DNA from: Hyphomicrobiales bacterium | GTDB taxonomy: Bacteria; Pseudomonadota; Alphaproteobacteria; Rhizobiales; Xanthobacteraceae | Assembly: GCA_021732215.1 (NCBI GenBank) | Contig: JAKFVL010000010.1 | Span: 10,547 to 74,546, forward strand | Length of the DNA stretch: 64,000 nucleotides | Reading direction: 5' to 3' | Shown here: positions 1 through 10,113 of the stretch, piece after piece | Numbering within the stretch: position 1 is the first letter of the stretch | Layout of the letters: each line of letters opens with the position of its first letter | The notes under the pieces: generated by a model | Database searches by the model: none | What the model was told of the DNA's origin: nothing | What the model saw: the letters and a program-made list of their open reading frames with translations, nothing else | Translations under genes and position numbers: made by a program

Positions 1-1
1 T

Positions 2-247
2 TTCCGAACCTACTTCATCAACAACCGCGGCGATGAGGCGATGGGCTCGGTCTGGAGCTATCTCGACCTCACTGCGCTCGGCCGTCAGGAGGTTTGGGAG
101 GACTCGCCGGAAGGCTATCCGCAGACGCCGACGTACAAGTGGTGGAACTGGCACGACAGCTACGTCGATGGCGCCGCGCCCGACAAAAGGTGGGTCGAGG
201 TGTCGGACGCCGGAGAGGCGGCATTCCGCAAGCGCCAAGGCGTTTGA
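2..247 (+). CDS. C-terminal fragment of a DUF899-like thioredoxin-fold protein (gene starts upstream of the window)
   Basis: Frame is open from the window edge (same frame as ORF 41..247). The tail YLDLTALGRQEVWEDSPEGYPQTPTYKWWNWHDSY resembles the conserved DUF899 C-terminus, recalled from memory. Confidence 0.45.
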   Translation, partial: FRTYFINNRGDEAMGSVWSYLDLTALGRQEVWEDSPEGYPQTPTYKWWNWHDSYVDGAAPDKRWVEVSDAGEAAFRKRQGV

Positions 248-271
248 AGCCGCGTCATAGCGGGAGCGAAC

Positions 272-529
272 ATGAGCGAGACATCGATCGGCGAACACGC
301 AACCGGTGCGTTCCGCGGCGACAGCATGACGCCCAGCGCGGCGGGCTGGCTCGGCCTCGCGGCCACGCCGACCTTCGCGATCATGGCGGTGCTTGCGGGT
401 GTGATGGATGGAGCCGCACCGAATTCCATCTGCTCGGCATCGTCGGCACTCAACGGAATGGCGACGATGTACGCGCTGATGAGTGCCTTCCATCTGGCGC
501 CATGGTTGAGATTGGTCTTTGGCCGGTGA
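272..529 (+). CDS. small hypothetical membrane protein
   Basis: 85-aa ORF with two hydrophobic stretches (WLGLAATPTFAIMAVLAGV; MATMYALMSAFHLAPWL). Codon usage is compatible with coding. Confidence 0.45.
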   Translation: MSETSIGEHATGAFRGDSMTPSAAGWLGLAATPTFAIMAVLAGVMDGAAPNSICSASSALNGMATMYALMSAFHLAPWLRLVFGR

Positions 530-542
530 GGCGGCGTCCGCC

Positions 543-1025
543 TCACATCCCGGTTTTGATGTATTCGACCATCTGGGTGACCACCGTACCCCAGCCGCGA
601 TGGAAACCCATTTCCTCGTGCTTCTTGCGGCCGTCCTCGTCGCGATGGATGGCTATCGCGGTATAGCGCGTGCCGCTGCCCTTCGGCTCCAGCGACAGGA
701 CCGCGGTGAAGAACGGATTTTGCGACGGCCGGAAGCCGGGCAGCATCGCGTCGGTGAACACCAGGCGCTGGTTCGGCGCCACTTCGAGATAGCAGCCGGA
801 GTTCGGAAACTCCTGACCTTCGGGCGAACGCATGGTGGTGCGGAAAACGCCACCGGGCCGCAGGTCGATCTCGCAGTCGGTAATGGTCCATGGCTTCGGC
901 ACGAACCAGTGCCGCAGATGCTTCGGCGTCGTCCACACGGTCCAGACCAGATCGGGCGGTACGTCGATGTCGCGTTCGAGCAGGAGATCGAGCTTAGGGT
1001 CGAATTTGAAAACGGATGAGATCAT
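543..1025 (-). CDS. SRPBCC/AHSA1 (Aha1-like) domain protein
   Basis: 160 aa from the internal ATG at 1025 of ORF 543..1421. Typical AHSA1 pattern ([28 protein letters not shown]...GGVFRT). ATGA overlap with the upstream ArsR gene. Confidence 0.85.
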   Translation of the reverse strand: MISSVFKFDPKLDLLLERDIDVPPDLVWTVWTTPKHLRHWFVPKPWTITDCEIDLRPGGVFRTTMRSPEGQEFPNSGCYLEVAPNQRLVFTDAMLPGFRPSQNPFFTAVLSLEPKGSGTRYTAIAIHRDEDGRKKHEEMGFHRGWGTVVTQMVEYIKTGM

Positions 1026-1375
1026 GGGTTGGTCTTGTCCTTGAGTTCGAGCAGATAGGAATCGAGCTGGTCGAGGCGGCGTTCCCACAGCGTGCGCTGT
1101 CTGGAGAGCCAGTCTTCGGCAAGCTGCAGCCGTTTCGGCACCAGCTTGTAGGTCCGCACCCGGCCGTGTTTGGCGGAGCGCACCAGTCCGCAGCCTTCGA
1201 GAATGCGCAAGTGACCGACAAACGACGGCAGCGCCATGTCGAACGGCGCCGCCAGTTCGCTGACGGAAGCAGGACTGCGGCTCAGCCGCTCCAGCACATG
1301 CCGCCGCGTCGGATCGGACAGCGCGCGGAACACGCTGTCGATCGGTTTTGCGCCCATCATCGCCGGTTCGGCCAT
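1022..1375 (-). CDS. ArsR/SmtB family transcriptional regulator
   Basis: 117 aa with the winged-HTH signature [16 protein letters not shown]...[29 protein letters not shown]. Classic ArsR-AHSA1 gene pair. Confidence 0.9.
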   Translation of the reverse strand: MAEPAMMGAKPIDSVFRALSDPTRRHVLERLSRSPASVSELAAPFDMALPSFVGHLRILEGCGLVRSAKHGRVRTYKLVPKRLQLAEDWLSRQRTLWERRLDQLDSYLLELKDKTNP

Positions 1376-1554
1376 TTGCTCTCCACGGATGCGGTGGTCG
1401 CTGATTAGGCCAACGCAACACTTAGGTCAATGCCTAAGTATTGAGGCCGGCCAATTTCGCCCGGATTTGCAGGAAAGTTGTGGATGGGGCTGTGACCGGG
1501 TCGTATCGGAGCGAGCTGTTGGCCAACGTCGGTTTGGCAAAGGAAACGGCGACC

Positions 1555-1920
1555 ATGGCAAAGACGGCGACGATCTACGGGATCAAGAACTGCGACACGA
1601 TGAAGAAGGCGCGCGCGTGGCTCGATGGTCACGGTGTTCCTTACGAATTCCATGACTACAAGGCGAGCGGGATCGGCCGGGAGCATCTGGTGCGCTGGTG
1701 CAAGGACGCCGGCTGGGAAACGGTGTTGAACAAGGCCGGCACTACGTTTCGCACGCTGCCTGACGGCGATAAGACAGGCCTGTCAGAGGCAAAAGCGATC
1801 AAGCTGATGCTGGCGCAGCCATCAATGATCAAGCGGCCGGTGCTGGAGTTCGGCAGCAAGCTGCTGGTCGGCTTCAAACCGGAGATTTATGCGAAAGAGA
1901 TCGCGGGTGGGAAGAAATAG
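1555..1920 (+). CDS. ArsC/Spx/YffB family protein (thioredoxin-fold reductase-like)
   Basis: Internal ATG of ORF 1441..1920. IYGIKNCDTMKKARAWLD...YEFHDYK and SMIKRPVL are typical of the ArsC_YffB family. Confidence 0.85.
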   Translation: MAKTATIYGIKNCDTMKKARAWLDGHGVPYEFHDYKASGIGREHLVRWCKDAGWETVLNKAGTTFRTLPDGDKTGLSEAKAIKLMLAQPSMIKRPVLEFGSKLLVGFKPEIYAKEIAGGKK

Positions 1921-1953
1921 CGGGCTGAATTTTGCATAAGCCGGACCTGCGTA

Positions 1954-2577
1954 TCAGTCGAACTCGAGTTCGATTGCGGGAGCGAAGCGGCCGGGCGTAT
2001 CGGGCGCTGTATCGCAATCGATGATGGCCTTCAGTACGAACACCGGCGGCGACTTGTCGTTGCGCATCAGGTCGGTGACTTCAAACCGGCCGTGCTCGCT
2101 GATGGCTTTCAGCGAAGCGATAACGCTGGTGACGCGGCTGCAATCGGAAAACGGCATCAGCAGGCGTTCATATTCGACCGCGCGGCCGTCGCGGTCGGCG
2201 AGTTTCGATATCGTGTAGACCGGGCGCTGCAGACGAATGCATTCGAGATAAAGCGGAACCACAACGGGCGCCATCTTCGGACCCATGTAATCGTCAAGCG
2301 TCTGGCCGATGCCCGACGTGCCGAATGCTGGATGCATGCGCATGCTGTCGGCGGCGATGACGATCCGCGGATATCCGTCGCGATGCTGCACACCGCAAAC
2401 GAAGATGTCCGGAAGTTCTTCCTGCAGCCTGTCGGGACGATATCGCGCCAGACTCGGCAGTTTGCCTGTTTGAGCGAACTGCCTCATCCATACGTTCAGC
2501 AGGTCGCGCTGCCTGATCGATTTGATGACCGATGCGTTTGCGGTAGTGAAATCCATAAGCCCGTTCTGCCGAATCAC
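1954..2577 (-). CDS. PAS_5-like (PF07310/DUF1457-type) stand-alone PAS-like protein, paralog 1
   Basis: 207-aa ORF (GTG start; alternative ATG at 2556). Shares the blocks KSI(K/R)QRDLLNxW(L/M)R, YERLL(L/M)PFS and SLKxIS with the three neighbouring ORFs. Confidence 0.8.
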   Translation of the reverse strand: MIRQNGLMDFTTANASVIKSIRQRDLLNVWMRQFAQTGKLPSLARYRPDRLQEELPDIFVCGVQHRDGYPRIVIAADSMRMHPAFGTSGIGQTLDDYMGPKMAPVVVPLYLECIRLQRPVYTISKLADRDGRAVEYERLLMPFSDCSRVTSVIASLKAISEHGRFEVTDLMRNDKSPPVFVLKAIIDCDTAPDTPGRFAPAIELEFD

Positions 2578-2645
2578 GCCGCGAGTGTCGCAACACCCAA
2601 AGCTCGCTGCAACCCGGAACGCGCCGGCGCGTGTCGCCGGGCAAT

Positions 2646-3266
2646 CTAGTTGAATTCGATGATGTCGGAGCCGCTGCCGCGCGCAGGCTTTGCGTGAAAC
2701 AGGTCGCGGTCGATCACGGCGCGCAAGACGTAGACAGGCAGCACGTCGCTGCCGCGCATGAGGTTGCGGATTTCAAAGGCTCCGTCCTCGCTGATGGTCT
2801 TCAGCGACGCGAGAATGCGCTCGACGCCTTCGCTGTCGGAAAACGGCAACAGCAGCCGCTCATAGTCGACGCCGCGTCCTTGTGAATCGACGACTTTCGA
2901 AATCGTATAGATCGGCAGCCTGCGGCTGATGCACTCGTGGTAAAACGGCATCACGACCGTCGCCAGTTTCGGCCCGAGATAGTCATCGAGATTCTGTCCG
3001 CGGCCGGTCTTGCCGTAGGCGTTGGCCATCCGCGTCCCGTCGCTGTCGATGACAATGCGCGGCACGTCGCCGCCGCTGTCGACCGTGTAGTAGACGATGT
3101 CGGCGACTTCGTCCTCCATGCGCTCAGGCCGATAGTCATCGAGCTTCGGCAACCGCTGGTCGCGGGCGTATAGCCGCAGCCAGGTATTCAACAGGTCACG
3201 CTGCTTGATCGATTTGACTGCCGACGGACCGGCACTATCGAGCGCTGTTTGTCGCAGGGTGTTCAT
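2646..3266 (-). CDS. PAS_5-like protein, paralog 2
   Basis: 206 aa with the same conserved blocks (VKSIKQRDLLNTWLRLY, DYERLLLPFSD, ASLKTISEDG, C-terminal DIIEFN). Confidence 0.8.
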   Translation of the reverse strand: MNTLRQTALDSAGPSAVKSIKQRDLLNTWLRLYARDQRLPKLDDYRPERMEDEVADIVYYTVDSGGDVPRIVIDSDGTRMANAYGKTGRGQNLDDYLGPKLATVVMPFYHECISRRLPIYTISKVVDSQGRGVDYERLLLPFSDSEGVERILASLKTISEDGAFEIRNLMRGSDVLPVYVLRAVIDRDLFHAKPARGSGSDIIEFN

Positions 3267-3421
3267 TTCAGCGATCCGTATTGCTGCAAACTTTTATCAC
3301 GAGCGAAATTAAGATGGTGCCAAATTACCGGTCAAGCATCTCAAAAGCCTGCCCGCAAAGCTCTTAACAACTGCCTGCCGACAATGGTTTGTAACCGCCG
3401 CTGGAAACCACATCCGCCCCC

Positions 3422-4057
3422 TCATGCGTCGATGATGTCATCGCTAACCCCTGATTGTGGAGGTCCGGACAAACCCGGATTGATGATGGCTCTGACAAGC
3501 GGAATCGGTGGAGGTGAATTCGATCCCATCAGATTGCTGAATTGAAAACGTCCGTCGAGACTGATGCTCTTGTAAGACCCGACAATATGGTCGATCCGCT
3601 GCGCGGAGCCGAACGGCAGCAGCAGGCGTTCGTAGGACACTTCGGTGCTGTTGAGGTCGAACACGCGGGACACCGAATACACCGGTCGTCGGCTTTCGAT
3701 GCAGGTGAGATACTTCGGATAAACAAGGGCATAGCGTGCTGGCCCGATCGCGGTGTCGAGAAAACGGCGCTCGTCGTCCGTCCGTGGCCGATCGTTGCCG
3801 TAGATCGTGGTGAGGCGCGACCCTGCGTGGACGATGCCAAACCGCGCGTCGGGGCCTTGGCCAACGACGTTGAAAACCATCATGTCGAGCAGTTCGTCTT
3901 CGATACGTCCCGGCCGAAAGTCTCGATAAGGCGGTGGACCGCCGTGATCGGAGTACAAACGTAGCCAGGTGTTCAGAAGGTCGCGCTGCTTGATCGATTT
4001 GACGGCGGAAGGCGCCGCTTCGGTGAAGTCCATCCCCAACCACCCCGAATCCAACAC
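3422..4057 (-). CDS. PAS_5-like protein, paralog 3 (most divergent)
   Basis: 211 aa (alternative start 4033). Contains VKSIKQRDLLNTWLRLY and SYERLLLPFGS, but the middle region is more diverged. Confidence 0.75.
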   Translation of the reverse strand: MLDSGWLGMDFTEAAPSAVKSIKQRDLLNTWLRLYSDHGGPPPYRDFRPGRIEDELLDMMVFNVVGQGPDARFGIVHAGSRLTTIYGNDRPRTDDERRFLDTAIGPARYALVYPKYLTCIESRRPVYSVSRVFDLNSTEVSYERLLLPFGSAQRIDHIVGSYKSISLDGRFQFSNLMGSNSPPPIPLVRAIINPGLSGPPQSGVSDDIIDA

Positions 4058-4103
4058 GGGTACAGTTGCATCAGTCGCCGTGGGGAGGCAATTTCAAATA
4101 CAG

Positions 4104-4724
4104 TCAGATAAATTCGACGACGTCGGGAATATTGTTGGTTCGCCGATGAACAAGGTCGCGATCGATGATGACGCGCACTTTGAATTCGGGGATGCTATCG
4201 TGGCCGCGCATCAGGTTGCGGATTTCGAAGCCGCCGTGGTCGGATATGCTCTTGAGCGAAGCCATCAGGCGCGTGATGCCGTTTCCTTCCGAGAACGGCA
4301 GGATCAGCCGCTCGTAGGCGACGTCACGATCGTAGACGTCCTTCACCATCGAGATCGTATACGCGGGCAGGCCGCGCCTGACGCATTCGCGATAGACCGG
4401 CATCACGGTCGGCGCGAGCTTCGGCCCGAAGTAATCGTCGAGGTAGCTGCCCTTGCCGGGTGCGCCGAATGCATCCGCGAGGCGGTGGCCGTCGTCGTCG
4501 ATCCGGAAGCGCTGCTCGCCTCTCTCTTCCACCACGGAAAGAAAAACCAGATCGGCGATTTCGTCGGCCATCCGGTCCGGCTGAAAGTCGGCGAGTGCCG
4601 GCGCGCGCTGTTCCTTGGCCCAGGCGCGCAGCCAGATGTTGAGCAGATCGCGCTGCTTGATCGACCTGACAACCGATGGTCCTGATCCCTGAAATTCCAT
4701 GGTCCTGTTCCGAAAATCGGGCAA
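4104..4724 (-). CDS. PAS_5-like protein, paralog 4
   Basis: 206 aa (alternative start 4700). Contains VRSIKQRDLLNIWLRAW, AYERLILPFSE, ASLKSISDHG and C-terminal DVVEFI. Confidence 0.8.
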   Translation of the reverse strand: MPDFRNRTMEFQGSGPSVVRSIKQRDLLNIWLRAWAKEQRAPALADFQPDRMADEIADLVFLSVVEERGEQRFRIDDDGHRLADAFGAPGKGSYLDDYFGPKLAPTVMPVYRECVRRGLPAYTISMVKDVYDRDVAYERLILPFSEGNGITRLMASLKSISDHGGFEIRNLMRGHDSIPEFKVRVIIDRDLVHRRTNNIPDVVEFI

Positions 4725-5060
4725 TGGCGGCGATCTTCAATCTAGAGATGCCAAGACTTCATGAATCGGGACATGACAATTCAAACAAGATTAACCAACG
4801 CTTTCGTGCCGGCCGGATTGGTATTCCGTGCTGCCATGGCCGCCGTGGCTGTTGCCGAAAAACCGCAGCAGTCGGGCAGCCGTGACAAAAACGCCGCCCA
4901 GCATTGCGGCTTGCACAATCGTTATCATTCGCTGCATATTCCGCCCGAGCGGACCTGCCGGACAGCCGCGCTCCAATAAATCATCGGCAGATCAGAGTGT
5001 TAGAACAGAAATCGGCTGCGTGCAGGGGCGCTGCGCAGAAGGCCGGTGGGGGAATCTTGA

Positions 5061-5808
5061 TTGTCGGATGAGTTTATTCTCCAGACCCATGGATTGACCA
5101 AGGAATTCGCCGGTTTCGTCGCCGTGCGGGATGTCGATCTGAAGGTCCGCCGTGGCAGCATTCACGCGCTGATAGGCCCGAACGGGGCTGGAAAGACCAC
5201 GTGTTTCAACCTGTTGACCAAGTTCCTGACCCCGACCACGGGACAGATTCTGTACAAGGGGCAGGATATCACGGCCCTGCAGCCGGCCGCGGTCGCGCGC
5301 CTCGGGCTGGTGCGATCGTTCCAGATTTCGGCGGTGTTTCCGCATCTGACCGCGCTGGAGAACGTGCGGGTGGCGCTGCAGCGCCAGCATGGCAATTCAT
5401 TCGATTTCTGGCGCTCGAAATCGGTGCTGGACGTCTACAACCATCGCGCCGAAGAACTGCTGCATGACGTCGGTCTCAGCGAATTTGCCAAGACGCCGGC
5501 CGTCGAAATGCCCTACGGCCGCAAACGCGCGCTGGAAATCGCCACCACGCTGGCGCTCGATCCGGACATGATGCTGCTCGATGAGCCCATGGCGGGCATG
5601 GGCCATGAGGATATCGACAAGATCTCTGCGCTGATCAAGCGCATCTCGGCGAAGTACACGATCCTGATGGTCGAACATAATCTCAGCGTCGTCGCCCATT
5701 TGTCCGATATCATCACCGTGTTGACGCGCGGACAGGTGCTGGCGGAAGGCAACTACGCCGAATTGTCCAAGGACCAGCGCGTCAAGGAAGCCTATCTGGG
5801 AGCGGGTC

Positions 5809-5816
<8 letters not shown>
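5061..5816 (+). CDS. livG: branched-chain amino acid type ABC transporter ATP-binding protein (LivG-like)
   Basis: TTG start preceded by GGGGGAA. Walker A GPNGAGKTT, a degenerate signature region (MPYGRKRALEIA) and Walker B MLLDEP. Confidence 0.9.
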
Positions 5817-6576
<760 letters not shown>

Positions 6577-6618
6577 CGACAACAACGTCAACAAGGCGAG
6601 AGTTCTGGAGGAGGACAC

Positions 6619-7839
6619 ATGTCAAACAAACTTTCTGCACTGCTGCTGGGTACCGCGCTTTCGCTCGGTGCCGTCGCCGGCGCGTTTGCGCAGGACAAGA
6701 ACATCAAGATCGGGGTGCTGACCGATATGTCGGGACTGTATTCCGACATCGGCGGGCAGGGCTCGGTCATTGCCGCCCAGATGGCGGTCGAGGATTCCGG
6801 TCTGACCGCCAAGGGCTGGAAGATCGACATCGTTTCGGCCGATCACCAGAACAAGCCAGACATCGGCACCAACATCGGCCGCCAGTGGATCGATGTCGAA
6901 AAGGTCGACATCTTCATGGACGTGCTGAATTCGGGCGTCGGCCTGGCGATCAACAACCTGGTCAAGGAAAAGAACGCCATCATGATCAACACCGGCGCAG
7001 CGACGTCGGATTTGACCAATGCGCAATGTTCGCCGAATACCGTGCACTGGGTCTACGACACCTACATGCTGGCGAACTCGACCGGCGCGGCGCTGGTGAA
7101 GGCCGGCGGCGACAGCTGGTACTTCCTGACCGCGGACTACGCCTTCGGCGCGGCGCTCGAGCGCGACACGTCGGCGGTCGTGACCAAGTCGGGCGGCAAG
7201 ATCCTCGGAGCGGTCAAGCATCCGCTGAACTCGTCGGACTTCTCGTCGTTCCTGCTGCAGGCGCAGGCGTCGAAAGCCAAGATCGTCGGCCTTGCCAATG
7301 CCGGCGGCGACACCACCAACTCGATCAAGCAGGCGGCCGAGTTCGGCATCGTCAAGGGTGGCCAGAAGCTCGCGGGCCTTCTGCTGTTCATCAACGACGT
7401 CCACTCGCTCGGGCTGAACGTGGCGCAGGGCCTGAACTTCACCGAGACATTCTATTGGGATCTGAACGATCAGACCCGTGCTTTCGGCAAGAGGTATTCC
7501 GAGCGGTCGAAGACCAAGGCGCAGCCGAGCATGATTCAGGCCGGCGTCTATGCGGGTCTGCTGCACTACTTCAAGGCGCTCGAAGCCATGGGCGGCAATC
7601 CCCACGATGGCGCCAAGATCGTCGCCAAGATGAAGGACATGCCGACCGACGATGCGCTGTTCGGCAAGGGCGAAATCCAGCCGAACGGCCGAAAGATTCA
7701 TCCGGCGTACCTTTTCGAAGTGAAGACGCCGGCGGAATCGAAGGGGCCGTGGGACTATTACAAGCTGATCGGCACCACGCCGGCCGACAAGGCTTTCCGT
7801 CCGCTGTCGGAAAGCGCCTGTCCGCTGGTGAAGAAGTAA
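6619..7839 (+). CDS. ABC transporter periplasmic substrate-binding protein (LivK/Peripla_BP_6 family)
   Basis: 406 aa. Signal peptide LLLGTALSLGAVAGAFAQ, then KIGVLTDMSGLYSDIGG, typical of the family. Confidence 0.9.
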   Translation: MSNKLSALLLGTALSLGAVAGAFAQDKNIKIGVLTDMSGLYSDIGGQGSVIAAQMAVEDSGLTAKGWKIDIVSADHQNKPDIGTNIGRQWIDVEKVDIFMDVLNSGVGLAINNLVKEKNAIMINTGAATSDLTNAQCSPNTVHWVYDTYMLANSTGAALVKAGGDSWYFLTADYAFGAALERDTSAVVTKSGGKILGAVKHPLNSSDFSSFLLQAQASKAKIVGLANAGGDTTNSIKQAAEFGIVKGGQKLAGLLLFINDVHSLGLNVAQGLNFTETFYWDLNDQTRAFGKRYSERSKTKAQPSMIQAGVYAGLLHYFKALEAMGGNPHDGAKIVAKMKDMPTDDALFGKGEIQPNGRKIHPAYLFEVKTPAESKGPWDYYKLIGTTPADKAFRPLSESACPLVKK

Positions 7840-7851
7840 CGTGACGTTCGG

Positions 7852-7929
7852 CATGTAGCCCGGAAGATGCGGAGCGAAGTCCGGGGTTGTCGCACCCATG
7901 GTTTTGCTTCGCGCCACCCGGGCTACATG
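7852..7929. repeat. palindromic REP-like element (CATGTAGCCCGG ... CCGGGCTACATG) between the SBP and livH genes
   Basis: Perfect 12-bp terminal inverted repeats at 7852-7863 and 7918-7929, flanking a GC-rich core. Confidence 0.75.
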
Positions 7930-7974
7930 TCGCTTATCTTGTTATGATAGCCTGAACACGAGAGACCGTTCGAC

Positions 7975-8838
7975 ATGCAAGCACTGTACGCGCAGCTTCT
8001 GGTTGGCCTGATTAACGGCTCGTTCTACGCCTTGCTGAGCCTCGGTCTCGCGGTGATCTTCGGCATGCTCAACATCATCAATTTTGCTCACGGCGCGCTC
8101 TACATGATGGGCGCGTTCGTGGCCTATTTCCTCCTGCAGTATTCCGGATTGAACTACTGGTGGGCGCTGATTCTCGCGCCGGTCATCGTCGGCCTGTTCG
8201 GCATTCTGCTCGAGCGCACCATGCTGAAGTGGCTGACCGGACTGGATCATCTCTACGGATTGCTGCTCACCTTCGGCATCGCCCTGATCGTGCAGGGCGT
8301 GTTCCAGAACTACTTCGGCTCGTCCGGTCTGCCTTACGCGATCCCGGACCTGCTCAAGGGTGGCGTCAATCTCGGTTTCATGTATCTGCCGATCTACCGC
8401 GGCTGGGTCGTGGTGTTCTCGCTCGTCGTCTGTCTGGCCACCTGGTATCTGATCGAAAAAACGCAGCTTGGCGCTTATCTGCGCGCGGCCACGGAAAATC
8501 CGACGCTGGTGCGTGCGTTCGGCATCAACGTCCCGCTGATGATCACGCTGACCTACGGTCTTGGTGTCGGTCTTGCCGCGCTGGCCGGCGTGCTGTCCGC
8601 GCCGATCAATCAGGTGCGGCCGCTGATGGGCGCCGATCTGATTATCGTCGTGTTCGCAGTCGTCGTGATCGGCGGCATGGGCTCGATCATGGGCTCGATC
8701 ATCACCGGCTTTGCGCTCGGTGTGATCGAGGGCCTGACCAAATATTTTTATCCCGAAGCCTCCAACACCGTTGTATTCGTACTGATGGTGCTGGTGCTGC
8801 TTGTGAAACCCCAAGGACTGACAGGACGGGCGGCCTAG
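7975..8838 (+). CDS. livH: branched-chain amino acid ABC transporter permease (LivH-like)
   Basis: 287 aa, multi-pass membrane protein. N-terminus LLVGLINGSFYALLSLGLAVIFGMLNIINFAHGA is typical of LivH. Confidence 0.9.
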   Translation: MQALYAQLLVGLINGSFYALLSLGLAVIFGMLNIINFAHGALYMMGAFVAYFLLQYSGLNYWWALILAPVIVGLFGILLERTMLKWLTGLDHLYGLLLTFGIALIVQGVFQNYFGSSGLPYAIPDLLKGGVNLGFMYLPIYRGWVVVFSLVVCLATWYLIEKTQLGAYLRAATENPTLVRAFGINVPLMITLTYGLGVGLAALAGVLSAPINQVRPLMGADLIIVVFAVVVIGGMGSIMGSIITGFALGVIEGLTKYFYPEASNTVVFVLMVLVLLVKPQGLTGRAA

Positions 8839-8935
8839 TGCCCGCTTTCCGAAGTTTGCCAAACGTGGCGGAGATTTCGAGAGCGAACTTCGGAGAGCAA
8901 AGAGCACTGGTAGACCAGGATTCGAGTACCGTTTT

Positions 8936-8990
8936 CGATCTGAAGTTCCTGGATCGAGTGTGCGGCTTGCGAAACAGGAACTTCAGATCG
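8936..8990. repeat. 16-bp perfect inverted repeat (CGATCTGAAGTTCCTG / CAGGAACTTCAGATCG) in the livH-livM spacer
   Basis: Arms at 8936-8951 and 8975-8990 with a 23-nt loop. A second imperfect hairpin (CTTTCCGAAGTT / AACTTCGGAGAG) lies about 80 nt upstream. Confidence 0.8.
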
Positions 8991-9004
8991 ACGGTACTCA
9001 GCAA

Positions 9005-9979
9005 ATGACAACCCTGACCACATCCTCCACCGGTAACAGCAATCCGAATGCGCTGATGCGCGACGAGATGTGGGCGTTCCTCATCATGACTGTGCTGCTG
9101 GCCCTGGTGCCGGTATCGGGCATCTATCCGTTCTTCGTCATGCAGGCGCTGTGCTTCGCGCTGTTTGCCTGCGCATTCAATCTGCTGATCGGATACGGCG
9201 GACTGCTGTCGTTCGGTCACGCGATGTTTCTGGGCACTGCAGGCTACGTCACCGCGCACGCACTGAAAGTGTGGGGCGTCAGCCCCGAAATCGGAATCGT
9301 TCTCGGCGTGGCTGCCTCCGCCGCGCTCGGCGTCGTCACCGGCCTGATCGCCATCCGCCGCCAGGGCATTTATTTCTCGATGATCACGCTCGCCCTCTCG
9401 CAGCTCCTTTACTTCATCTATCTGCAAGTGCCGTTCACCCACGGCGAGGACGGCATTCAGGGCGTGCCGCAGGGAATGCTGTTCGGCATCTTCGACCTGT
9501 CGAAACCGATCACGCTTTATTACGTCGTGCTGGTCGTCTTCCTGCTCGGGTTCCTCCTGATCTACCGGACCATCAACTCGCCGTTCGGCGAGGTGCTGAA
9601 ATCGATCCGCGAGAACGAGCCGCGCGCGATTTCGCTGGGCTACAAGGCTGACCAGTACAAGCTGATGGCATTCATCCTTTCGGCAAGCCTCGTCGGCCTT
9701 GCCGGTGCGGTGAAGGTTTTCGTCGCGCAAAACGCCTCACTGACCGATGTCCACTGGACCATGTCGGGCGAGGTGGTGCTGATCGCGCTGGTCGGCGGTC
9801 TCGGCACCGTGTTTGGGCCAGTGATCGGCGCGTTCATCATCATCGCCATGCAGCAGTATCTGGCGAGCTTCGGCCAATGGGTGCTGGTGATCCAGGGCGT
9901 GATCTTCGTCGCCTGCGTGCTGACCTTCCGCCGCGGCGTGATCGGCGAAATCGGGCATTACTTCCGCCGCTCGCTCTGA
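9005..9979 (+). CDS. livM: branched-chain amino acid ABC transporter permease (LivM-like)
   Basis: Internal ATG at 9005 of ORF 8960..9979. NLLIGYGGLLSFGHAMFLGTAGY is typical of LivM. Confidence 0.88.
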   Translation: MTTLTTSSTGNSNPNALMRDEMWAFLIMTVLLALVPVSGIYPFFVMQALCFALFACAFNLLIGYGGLLSFGHAMFLGTAGYVTAHALKVWGVSPEIGIVLGVAASAALGVVTGLIAIRRQGIYFSMITLALSQLLYFIYLQVPFTHGEDGIQGVPQGMLFGIFDLSKPITLYYVVLVVFLLGFLLIYRTINSPFGEVLKSIRENEPRAISLGYKADQYKLMAFILSASLVGLAGAVKVFVAQNASLTDVHWTMSGEVVLIALVGGLGTVFGPVIGAFIIIAMQQYLASFGQWVLVIQGVIFVACVLTFRRGVIGEIGHYFRRSL

Positions 9980-10113
9980 AGCCCGGTTCGACTGCGTAAA
10001 GCCAGACCCGTTGCCTGCTTCTTGCTCGGCCTGATCGAGGTTCACTCTCCAGAAAGCGGTGGATGACCCGGTTTGCCGGGGCGATGCCTCGCGTTTTACC
10101 CCCGGAATGGTTT

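Noticed and set aside
4791-4937. A small minus-strand ORF (MQRMITIVQAAMLGGVFVTAARLL...; 48 aa from the internal ATG of ORF 4791..4976) lies in the spacer between the PAS_5 array and the ABC operon.
   Set aside because: It is a possible one-TM micro-protein, but it has no motif, only moderate third-position GC, a poorly spaced RBS, and no way to test conservation here. It is not called as a feature.
6622-7917. A 431-aa minus-strand ORF lies antisense to the ABC binding-protein gene. There are similar long antisense or out-of-frame ORFs at 7942..8907, 8702..9730, 12248..13741, 17811..19202, 23946..25451, 26463..28493, 46530..48113, 49870..51204, 51297..52637, 52861..53991 and 29833..30741.
   Set aside because: These are typical high-GC shadow ORFs. 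Their translations are Arg/Gly/Asp/His-rich low-information sequence with no motifs, and each fully overlaps a gene with unambiguous family signatures on the other strand or frame.
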